A stretch of 64,000 bases of DNA from Oopsacas minuta (taxonomy: Eukaryota > Animalia > Porifera). Below the pieces are notes generated by a model that worked only from the letters and a program-made list of their open reading frames with translations, did no database searches and was not told where the DNA came from. The translations under genes and the position numbers were made by a program. The stretch is from NCBI GenBank assembly GCA_024704765.1, contig JAKMXF010000022.1:511055-575054 (forward strand), written 5' to 3'. Below are positions 22,909-34,500 of this stretch, piece by piece; positions within the stretch are counted from its first letter, which is position 1, and the number at the start of each line of letters is the position of its first letter.

Positions 22909-25900
22909 ATGAAGTCAATTATCCTTCTTGCTCACTGCATTATCTTGCTTGTGTATTACTTTGTAAGTTAAATATTATTCATATTTACACCTTATCATAC
23001 TCATATCAGTCCTGGAGACAGGCTGGAGTCAATTACTCTTAAATGTAATATATTACACTTACAATTCGATTCCAAAATAAGATATTAGACCTTTCCTGGT
23101 AACGGAAAAAAATATACTAATAGACATCAATGAGATTATTTCATGTTAGGGATGTGACTTTTCACTGTACATATTATACTTAACTTTTCGCAGGAAGGAA
23201 CATTGGGGACAGGAAAGCTTACTGTTAACTACAAAACCTACGATACAAAGGGGAGAGATTCTGGAGGATCTAATTGCGACTACTGTATCTTCTGTTACAG
23301 TCCATGTGATCCAATTTTCCGAATTTGTTTGAGGTTTGGCCACACCACTTCTACATTCACTTGTAGCTCTAGTTCAGTAGTAAATCCCAAGATTACTTCA
23401 GGAGAGTATTCAAGTACAGATTACGTGACGTTTGGTACAAGCATCGGAGGAACAACTAATCCTGTTGTCTATAACACTGACAATACATTTGATGTAAGTA
23501 TTTATTATAATGATTAACTTCTATCTAAATGTGCACTAGTTTTAATTACATTATTTCCATTTTTTTAGGGAAGATTTGAAATATCAGTAATTTCAGTTGA
23601 TGAAGATGGATTCTTCAGTGGAGATGATGATATAGATACTACAATCATTCGAATTACAGCTACGAAGCGAACATCTTTTACAGCTACATTATATTACGAT
23701 GGTTTACGTAGCTCTTATAAAACTAGCACTGGTCTCCAGTACAAGTTTATTTGTGATTCTAACTACTATGATACATATTGTACTGAGTTCTGTCAAGCTA
23801 ATGACGATACTTTCGGTCACTACACTTGTAATACTGTGACTGGATCAAAAATTTGTAACACTGGCTATACTGGAACAGATTGTGATATTGGTAAGTACAG
23901 GTATCTTCTTATTTGGCTCTTATCGTTGCTATGTAACACAATGTGAACTATACAGTTACTGCTTTATAAATTAAGATTATACAGAGCATTAGTACTACTA
24001 AATTATTGAAGTACGCTCCACATATTCAAAGGTAACACACTTCATCTTTTTAATATAAGTAGCTATGATTGTACATTATGGCACAATCATAGATGCTTAA
24101 ATTATAAATAAACCATAAAACAATTATTTCAATAAAAGAAGTACACAATACGTACTTAAGTTTTAAAAATTATATCCAATATAGGAATATGTTCAACTGG
24201 ATACGAATGGGATGCAGTTAGTCACAGCTGTAAGGACATAGATGAATGTAACCTGAACACACATCAATGTGACCAGATATGTACCAATAATGTTGGAAGC
24301 TATGTGTGTTCTTGTATGACTGATTACTACTTATCCACAGAGACAGTTTGCAGTATTGTGACGTTTGATACGTTGATATCAGGTTCTGCATTATCCAGCA
24401 AATCTCTACAGATAATTTGGCAGACAACTTACGTTCCAACCGATCACACCGCATCTCTCACATATAAATTGTATTATCGTGACATTACATTCTCCACACC
24501 CGCGTTTATAGAATATGGAGAAACTGACCAGTTACAACAAGATATCACTGGTCTACTTCCTCACAGGCACTACGAGCTCTATGTCAGTGCCATTGGAAGT
24601 CTAACTAGTGAAGATTCCAATATTGTGACAGTGAAAACAGATGAAGACATACCGAGTATGGCTCCAACCATTTATATTTTAACAGTTGATAGTGCCACAC
24701 AGATCAGTATCTCCTGGTCTGCTCCTAGTATTGAATCACAGAATGGTATTATAGATAATTACGTCATTCTAATCGACAGTACAGAGCTCACTGTAAGCGC
24801 TTCTTCTACTTTCTACACAATTACAGGTCTGAATCCATACACAGAATACACACTCCAGATAGCAGCTGCTACTTCTGTTGGAACAGGACCTTACAGTACT
24901 TCATCCACAACCACTACCCTTGAGAGCACTCCTACATCTTCTCCTCTCCTCTCTGTCACTACCATCACTGAGACTACCATCACACTCACACTCAGCCCTC
25001 CCACTGATACAGACACCCTCAATGGTGTCATCACCTTCTATACTGTCACATACACAGGTGTCAATGTTGACACTACTACACAGACTGTGATGGTTACACC
25101 ATCCACTACAGACTATCTGTTAGCTGTTGATTATATAGTGAATGGATTGCAAGAAGGTGTTTCGTACGAAATTCAAGCATCTGTGAGTACAAGTGTGGGA
25201 AGTGGTCCTAACACTGACGTCATTACTGTGACAACTAATGAGATAGCTCCTACTGGCACTCCTCAGAATATTGAATTAACCACCATCATGACTACCAGCC
25301 TGTCTTTAAGCTGGGACTCTCCTTCTCTGAGTGAACAGAATGGAGTTATATCAGGATACAGGTTATCATATGAGGGAATTTACCATGATACTGAACTGAA
25401 GGGTATATCTGTAGCAACAACTAGTGCCACGATAGATAATCTTAAAGAAGGTAGTGAGTATCATATCCACATCTGTGCAGTTAATAGCATGGGAACAGGC
25501 CCTTGTATTTCCGTAAATGGGAGAACATTAGAAATTCTTCCTTCTGGCTCTCCAGCATTGTTTAAAGTCGAAAACAGAGCTTCTAATTCTCTTTCATTTT
25601 CATGGATACTACCTCTTATCGAGGAACGAAACGGATATATCATAGCATTCCGCTTGGTAGCAACTGATCAGCAAACTTTTGCTGTTTCTGAAGCTGAAGT
25701 TAGCGGAACGGAATTTTTCTATCAGTTCACAGGTTTGGAAGAACACCGTGAATATTCTATATTGATTCAAGCAGGAAATTCAATCGGCTACGGACCAACT
25801 ACTGAGTTGATAGTTTCAACAACTGAATCATCTCCTGGAGAAGCTCCATTAAGCTTTACTGGTGTTCCTACAACTAACAGCATTGCGTTGTCGTGGGTAG

Positions 25901-28900
25901 CTATCCCAGCTGATCAACACAATGGACAGCTGACTTACTACGAGATTACGTATTTCACTCAAGCAATGTTTCTTATACACACTCACGTTCATACGAACGT
26001 ATCCGTATCAGAAGTAACATATACTGTAGCTGGCCTAGAAGAATATGTAGAGTACTATTTGAGTATTAGAGGTTATACTTCAGTTGGACCAGGTCCATAC
26101 TCCCCAGAGATAAATGTCAGAACTCTAGAAGCTCTACCATCTAGTCCTCCTACTGATTTCACTGTGTCTGTGTTGTCGGCTACTGAAATACAACTTGAAT
26201 ACGATTATCCTCTTGCTATTGATCAAAATGGAGCAATAACAGCATTTGACATTAGTGTATCCTCTAATACTGATTCTCTTCCACAGATATTCTCTACAGA
26301 TCTAACAAGCTACACTATACAATCTCTCCATCCTTTCACTAGCTACTCCATTCAGATCAGAGCTATCAATTCTATTGGAGCTGGTCCTTACACTCAAGTT
26401 ATCATAGCTATAACCAACCAAGCACTGCCAGTTGATGCACCAACACAACTCACTCTCTCACTGGTCACACATAACTCTGTCAACTTCTCCTGGAATCCGA
26501 TCTCTTCCTCCTCCCTCAATGGAGAGTTTGTGAGCTACACTGTTCTTGTCACTGATACTCAATCAACAACTTCCTTCTCTCACACTTCCATCTCTCCTAA
26601 CACTATCATCCCTAACCTCACTCCCTACACAAATTACTCACTATCAGTAGCAGTTATCAACACTCAAGGAACAGGTCCCTACTCCTCTGATCTCACCTTA
26701 TCTACTCACCAGTCATCTCCCTCACAAGGACCTGAGATACTCTCTATTGATGACATAACTGACACCAGTGCTGTTGTACAGTTCTCTTCTATTCCAATAG
26801 ACCTACAGAATGGACCCATTATATCCTACACACTCTCTCTCTACATCAGTACAGACAGTGTTCCTGTTACCTCGGTTACCCTCAATACCCTCTCACACAC
26901 CTTAACCAATCTACTTCCATACAGAAAGTACACTGTAGAGATAATAGCTACCAACTCAGCTGGTACCAGTCCTCCTTCTTCAGTGATCTTTATGACAATA
27001 GAATCTGTACCAAGTGGTCCCCCCACCTCCATCTCTGCCACTCCTCACTCCACTTATGTCACTCTGCGATACCAGCCTCCTGTAGCGTCTAAACAGAACG
27101 GAATTATCATTGGTTACTCAATTCAATTTGGTACTTCTACCAGTACTACCACGTATACTACAGACTTAACTGAATATACTATCAATGATCTTGAAGAATA
27201 TACAGAGTTTCAATATAGTATTGCTGCTTCTACTAGTATCGGGATTGGACCTTACAGTACAGTATTATCGATAAAAACTCTTTCAGCTCCTCCCTCTGTA
27301 GCTCCACAGAATGTAACAGGTACACCTGAATCATATCAATCTATATCCGTCAGCTGGAATCATATTCCTGATATCCATCAGAATGGAGAAATCACCAGTT
27401 ATATTGTGTACTATGGGGGGCAAGAACATGACACTAGTGTTGGAAAGAAGACAGTAGATGCCACAAATACTGATACCATCATTTCCCCTCTGAAACCAGA
27501 TGAGTTGTACTCTATTATTGTTGTAGCTGTTAATTCTGGAGGTATCAGCCCTCTATCTGTTCCTATCTATATCAGAACTTTCGAGGGATTACCAACTGCT
27601 GCTCCTACTGAAATAACTGTCGTGCCTACGTCATCATCTTCATTTACGGTATCTTGGGTTAGAATTCATCCTCAGCATCACAACGGATTGTTATTGTCTT
27701 ACGAAGTTGTATACCAAGGTTCATTATATGACACAGCTACCTTGAGTATAAGAACTGATGTTGATGCTACTTCTGCAGTAGTTACTGATCTACATCCTGC
27801 AGTAGAATACACTGTGTATGTGTATGCATTGAATGCAATTGGAAACGGCCCAGATTCTGATTCAGCAACTGTCTTATTGCTAGAATCAGTTCCTAATGTA
27901 GCTCCTTCTATTACACACTCTTCTTCAGGGCCAACTTGGATATACGTAGTCTGGCAAGAAATTGATGGAATAAATCGTAACGGAGTTATTACACATTATG
28001 AAATTCGATACACACAATCTTTGGACACTGAATACGTATACTTTATTGTCAGTGCTCCTGTCCTTCAAGCTAATATAACAGGCTTAATATTGGATACATT
28101 TTATACTGTAGATATACGAGCATATACCATTATAGGACCTGGACCTTACTCTTTAGAAGTATCCCTACTCACAATGCATCATGTATGTACAGTGTGTGAT
28201 AACGGTAACTGTGTTGAAGAGTTTGGTGAAAGCATCTGTCAGTGTATTCCAGGTTTCACAGGTGATATATGTGATACAAACATTGATGAATGTCTTGGTG
28301 CTAGCTGCGATCATGGTACTTGTATGGATGGAATCAATAGCTTTACTTGTGAATGTGATAACGGTTATCAGGGACAGCTGTGTGGCTTGACGACTGCCAC
28401 ACCTGTATGCGGAGAAGAAACTTATCTCAATTTCGAGTGGCCTAATACAGCTTATGGCAGTACAGCTGTTCTTCCTTGTTCTGATTCTCACTCTCTACTC
28501 TTCGGTGATGCAAGTCGTATATGCTCAGATGCTGGCTCCTGGTTGTCAGCTGACGTGAGTAATTGCCTGAAGAAAGCATACTCTGATTTACAGGAGGGTC
28601 TGGATAACGAAGATGACGAAATTCCCACTCCTGACGAAATTGTTGAGACCGTTACATATCTTCAGGATCTTTTCTGTGTAGATAATTCGGCCTCTTTATT
28701 CCCAGCTGAGATTCAAATCTTGATTAATGTTATAGTGAATATCATTGATTCAATAGACCAACAGGATGAGTCTATTCGAGTAGAACTACTTCCTCAGGTA
28801 ATGCCTGGCCTTCTGTGTATGCTATCTGGCATACTCGACACCAAGAATATTGAGTTGTTACAAACTAATTCTACAATAGCGATTTCAATTAACGAGCTCT

Positions 28901-30102
28901 TAGAGAGAATTGCTAAGTTAAATGCAGACAATTACGACTCCACTAATTCAGATCCGACACTCTTCTCAACAGAAAATATATACTTGTACATTACTCCTCT
29001 GACTAATGGACAATCTATCATAATACCAGATTACGAGCTGTCAGCTGTCCAAGATACAGGTCTATATCCAAACAGTATATCAATCCCAGAAAGTGAAGTA
29101 TCAAATCTGTTCGCCGATTCAAACGGAGAAGTGCCTGTAATTGCTGTTCTATTTAGTAGCTACTTGGGTCAAGCAATTGGTACTTCTTCTCTAAGCTTTG
29201 GACTAGATTCTACTTCCACCATCAGTACAGGTGTAATCTCTGTACAGAATAGTTTGGGAGAAGATCTCACTTTCTCTTCTCCTATTACGCTAACTTTAAC
29301 ACTATTCACAACTCCTGAATCAAATCTTGAATATACTTGTGTGTATTGGGACAACATTAAACAAACTTGGACTTCTTCTGGATTGAGCTACACTGGAGGG
29401 AGCACGGACTATGTCAGCTGTTCCAGCACTCATGCTACTAGCTTCTCTGTACTCTCATATACTGTATCTATTACAGATGCCCAAAAACAACGTACTTTCT
29501 ATGCTTTTGCAGGAGCTGGTGTTGTACTCTTGTGTCTGGTATTAGCACTAGTATGCTGCTTTTTGTGCGTTTGTATATGTCTCGTGCGTCACAGAAGGAA
29601 AAAGCATTTGATTGCTCTACGTAGAGAGTCTACTCAACCTCTACGACAACCAGATCCCAATTTTCATAATCCATTGTATGGTCTTGTTTCTGAAGAATTT
29701 GCTAAAGGTGGAAGTTTGAAGAAAGGAGACTCACTACAAAAATTCGAAAATCCTTATGAATATGCTTCTGTTAGTTTGCTACCAGACGAATGGGGAATCA
29801 ACAGTATAAATCCAGGATTCGAAATCTCAGGTTGTTATTCTGATGTTAACCCAGGATTACATGTTGATACAGATAACCCTTATTCAGAAATAAAAATAGA
29901 TAATTCTGCGAATCCATTCACTGAGGTGATTAACACTGAACATATTGACAAACCCTCAGGGATAGATTTCAACCCATTTTTAATAGACCCTGAACTTCGT
30001 TATCCCACGGACGTAAATCATATTGTGAATCCTACATACATGTCCATGGCTCCGCATACTGAACCCCAATCATCTGTTCTTTCTCATGAAGATGATGTAT
30101 GA
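22909..30102 (+). CDS. Chimeric Notch-ligand/adhesion-GPCR-like single-pass protein: SP-MNNL-DSL-half EGF-cbEGF-13xFN3-2xEGF-HormR-GAIN/GPS-1TM-NPxY tail; exons 22909-22962, 23194-23493, 23569-23890, 24185-30102 (~2197 aa)
   Basis: All introns are GT-AG with phases 0,0,1 and join in frame. The DSL reads CDSNYYDTYCTEFCQANDDTFGHYTCNTVTGSKICNTGYTGTDC and the MNNL includes CDPIFRICLR and NPVVYNTDNTFDGRFEISV. The GPS reads CVYWDNIKQTW...CSSTHATSFSVL. There is one hydrophobic helix (29497-29586) followed by RHRRKK. Confidence 0.88.
24472..25370. repeat. Inverted-repeat block 1, near-identical to 40578-41476 (FN3 repeats 1-4 of both receptors)
   Basis: Direct reverse-complement match by eye with only scattered substitutions. 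Confidence 0.9.
26131..27318. repeat. Inverted-repeat block 2, near-identical to 35695-36882 (FN3 7-10 vs FN3 17-20)
   Basis: Direct reverse-complement match (~1.19 kb); the translations are almost identical (LPSSPPTDFTVSVLS...PPSVAPQNVT). Confidence 0.9.
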
Positions 30103-30428
30103 TGATATCTGAACGTATAAATGTTTTTACCCAAACTTTTAACGATTATTTTAATTAGTTTTATCTTTTGTATATCTTATGGTTTTCGTAAGCTTTTTTT
30201 TAATCTCCCCTGTACTTGTATATTTGTATAGAATATTATATAAATTCCTATTTATGAAGTGTGTTAAAATTCTCTCAATTAATGACAATTAATATAATTT
30301 CGCATTTCCATTTTACGTGAATATTTCTCTTCCATGTTTGTTTATTGATTTGTAAATTTGCCAGTATTATCAATTTTTATATCATAATTTATTTCAATGT
30401 AATTCTCGTGTTCTTTTATTCAGGAGCT

Positions 30429-31295
30429 ATGATTAGCGATGTAAAGGGAAACGAAGTTAACGGTCAAATTACCATAAATCTAACTGAAAAATCTAGAATT
30501 TCTTACTTACCCCGACCGGTTCGTTGTTTTAATCCTGAACACAAATCCCGTCCCTTCACCAGTAAAGATCTACAACAAATCGGAAGGAGGCCCTCTTCTT
30601 CTCCATTCAATCGGAGGGTGAGCGGCCTCAGTCCGGATGAACATATTCCTGGTACCCTGCAAGGTTACAAAGTCTTCCACTCTTCAATGGATGTCTCGCA
30701 TATTCGTTCTAGGATAGGTTCATTCGAAAACATACTATATCAACCACAAGATAGTAACGTTAAAATATTCAATAAAAATCCATCCTATTCTCATATACAA
30801 ACCACGATTCCATCACCAACAATTGTCCCTAATTCTAAGCCGGAGAAACCTGTAAAGATTTTCAATCAGAAATTTGATTATTCACATGTTAATCCACTTG
30901 TGTCATATCGTGAAAATGAGCAGTACACTGCAGGAGGAGGTAATGTAGCAATTACGAGCCAAAAACTAAACTTTAGCGAGTTCGCGAAACATAAAATTGA
31001 TTCCAAATCCAATCACATTCCAAAGATCCCTACCGTATCTATTCCAATTCAAAAACTAAATTTTAGAGATTTAGCAACTTCTAGAATTGACTCAAAAAGG
31101 GATTTGGCTCTCAAAGAAACGCCAAAAAATACTCGACATCTAATCGATCTTCTGACTGTGAGCCTCCCAGATCTACGCATAACTAAGGAAACTACGTCAG
31201 AGCCTCCCGATCACTTTGATATCCTTACTACCACGCCTCCTCAGGGCTACTCTACTGAACCAAAACAACCGAAACCTTTAGATAACGAATTATGA
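30429..31295 (+). CDS. Tau/MAP2/MAP4-like microtubule-binding repeat protein (~288 aa)
   Basis: Basic Pro/Ser-rich N-part, then ~31-aa repeats: SHIRSRIGSFENILYQP..VKIFNK, YTAGGGNVAITSQKLNF, AKHKIDS, QKLNFRDLATSRIDS. There is a probable 5'UTR intron at 30352-30423. Confidence 0.72.
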   Translation: MISDVKGNEVNGQITINLTEKSRISYLPRPVRCFNPEHKSRPFTSKDLQQIGRRPSSSPFNRRVSGLSPDEHIPGTLQGYKVFHSSMDVSHIRSRIGSFENILYQPQDSNVKIFNKNPSYSHIQTTIPSPTIVPNSKPEKPVKIFNQKFDYSHVNPLVSYRENEQYTAGGGNVAITSQKLNFSEFAKHKIDSKSNHIPKIPTVSIPIQKLNFRDLATSRIDSKRDLALKETPKNTRHLIDLLTVSLPDLRITKETTSEPPDHFDILTTTPPQGYSTEPKQPKPLDNEL

Positions 31296-31590
31296 AGTAT
31301 TCATTATAAGCAAGTAATTTGATAAATTATTTATATTTACCAATTAATTTCCTTCCAAAATCTACCACTTGAAACCCTTAGTGAATAGAGAATATATATA
31401 ACTTCATTAACTTGTATATTTAAAGATTTCGAGGGTTCACATACGTACTTCAACATTATAATCAACAACTTTCTATACTAAATATACAAAATAATAACTA
31501 TATAGCGAATGCAGGAATATAAATCCACTGCTGCATACACATAGGGGAAGAAGTTAATATAAAAGAATCTAATATACGCAATTACGTATA

Positions 31591-34500
31591 TTATACATCA
31601 CTGTTATCTGCGTTATCAGTACCCTCTGTTAGATTGAGCTTGCCTACAGCCATGTAAGATGGGTTCTCAAAACCGGTATCAGCTTTAAGTAACTGAGCTC
31701 GGGGTAGAGCTGAGTACGTGGGGTTTTCGTGTGCAAATCCTTCGTCAACAAACTGAGGCATATCATCTTGTGGAGATACTCCAGTATCATTTTCGGGATT
31801 AATCATATCTTCTGTACATTCCACATTAACGTCATTAGCATTAGCATTCTCTTGTTTAGCTATAGGTTGATTATGACCATCAAAACGAGGCTCTGAGTAA
31901 ATATTACTTTCATCTTTATCTACATTTGCAGAGAAAGGATTTACATGTGTTTCAGCACTCACTTGTAAATTTGAAGCCTCAATTCCTAAAAATGGATTAG
32001 CAGTAGAGTCTTCATTGATCTCCATATAAGGATTGTCGTATCCAGCTGGATCATGGTGAGCACCTGATATCTTCATTGACTGGTAGGGGCTAACCAGAGG
32101 AATTTTTGTGGGTTCCTTTGCACAATGAAAACTTTCTTTGTGATTAAGTTTATCAATATCTTCTGGATCCAAGTTGATCGCATTGTAGAGAGGGTTAAAG
32201 TAGTCGCTATTAGCTCCAGGAGGACTCAATTGGTAAGTGAAATCTTCTGAGACCGATAACAGACGATGTTGTGAAGGTCTTCTGGTGTCATTCCCAAGTT
32301 GTGGATCCTGGTTGCTTGTATCTGGTGTGTTTTTCTTAATCCTGAATACCTTCGATCTTATGAGTTTGATTGGCAGTACAATAGAGAGTAAGAAGACTAC
32401 ACCTTGTGTTATGTAAGTTATTGTGAAAATCCATTTGAAGAAAATGAATTGAATGTACATATTAACAATAATCAATATCCAAGGTGCGGACAGCAGAATA
32501 GATAATATGACAAGTCCAAACATTGCTCGTTTTGCTTGGTTATGCCATTCCTCTTTAAGCTTTGACGTTGAGATACGACAAACTAGAAAGAACGACATAA
32601 CAACATCTATAACAGCTATTGCTAATATCGGTCCAACAATCATCCAAAATGTAGTACTGTCTTTAGATGTCCAGCAGTATGAATCAAGCACTCCATAGTT
32701 AATCCAGTTGATACCACTTGTAGCTGCTGTGATGATCAATGGAGTAACCCAACCAATTGGTATGAAAATGAAGAAAGTACGAATCAGTCTATTCCTTGCG
32801 AATAGCATGTATATCGATTGAACTGCAATACAGAAGATCCAACAAACTGAAGCCAGTGTTGAGTATTGGAATGCTATAGTGAACAGCTTACATGTTATTG
32901 GTATTGAAGTAATGGGGTGGAGGCCAATAATGCAGAATATCAAAGCTAATATCAGTGATATTGCGAGGTTAATATGGCAGATTAGTTGATCACTTCTCAA
33001 GAGATCCTTCCCTAGGATTAGTAAGAGAATTACACCTGTTACCAACGAAATAAAAGATATGATTCCTAAGGTGTAGATAGCTATTCTAAGTATCAAATGC
33101 TGTTCTTCTGGAACACGAGGTTCTGGCTGTAATGAGAATAATATAGCAAAGCTAGTTGTGTGAGTGCTATAGCAAGAAATTGTATGTTTAGATCTTTCTG
33201 ATAGATAAAGACCTTCATCACTCCACTTAACTCCATCCCAAGCTACACACGATGCTACCTGGCTTGTGTTGTAAGGATCGAATACCCAGTATTCGAGAGT
33301 GATAGGAGAAGTAAAATTAAGTGGTTGTCCTAGACTCGTTTGTATGGTTATTACTCTAGTACCGATAGGAGAGAAACCCAATGTCGTGCTTTGAGAGTGA
33401 GCACCCATTGCTTGACCCAAATAGCGACTGAATACAACAGCAATTACAGGTACTTCTCCATTCGATTTGGAGAACAGATCGGATACCTCACTATGTGGGA
33501 TTAATACGTTGTCTGGATAGAGACCTGTATCTTTGACAGCTGATAGCTCATATTCTGGTAACGTGACAGATTGTCCATTAGTCAGAGGAGTAATATACAA
33601 GTGAATATTTTCTTCTGAGAACAGTGTGGGATCAGAATTTGTAAAGTTGAAGTGCATAGCATTCAACTTTGCTATTTTCTCTATTACTTCATTGATATCG
33701 ATTGCTTTGAGGGAGGAATTTGTGAAAGTGAATATTTGTAGATTTCCGATATTCACAATGCGCGATATTATACAGAGTAAGCTAGGGGTCATTTGTGAAA
33801 TCATCATTGCTTGTGTTGAATTATCCTGAGCTTCAATTGATATCATTAATTGAGTCAAAACGCCTGTGATAACTGAGATTTCGTAAGGATAGAAAGTAGG
33901 TTCAATTGACTCAATAATCTCAGTCTGATTGGTACATATCTCTTGAGAAAGACGATCCACTAGATCAATAGAAATAATGGGATCTAGGTATCCTGTAACT
34001 TTGACATAATGGTTAAAATGGTAATCAAGATCGCGAAAGGTTGGACGAGCACAATCAGAAATATCCAAGTCTGCCCAATCTCCATCTGGTTTACAATATC
34101 TCGTTGCATTTCCAGTCAGCCCTTTTATTGCTAAACCACAAGGTATTTTCCTGGAATTTCCATACCCAGTTTCTTCCCAATAAAATCCAGCTAACTCTTG
34201 TTGTTTGCAAGTATCTCCGTTGCTTGGAATCTCGCAGTATATGCCCTTGAAACCAACATAACAGTTGCATTCATAAGATTCAAGTTGATCAAAACATTCT
34301 CCATATTTACACGAGTTTTTTCTACAATCATCAATGTTGATGCTACAATTCTCTCCTTCATAACCAGGCTCACAAGTACAAGTATAAGAATAATTCTCCC
34401 AAAGACATGATCCGTGTAGACAAGGATTTGCTACACAGGTGTTAAAGAATTGACAAAAAGTCCCACTATAGTTATCTGTACAATTACATGTGTACTCTTC

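Noticed and set aside
30424-30431. Tau-like ORF as an alternative last exon of the DSL-GAIN gene
   Set aside because: The acceptor is better explained by a typical 72-nt 5'UTR intron (30352-30423); no strong in-frame donor was found in the receptor tail.
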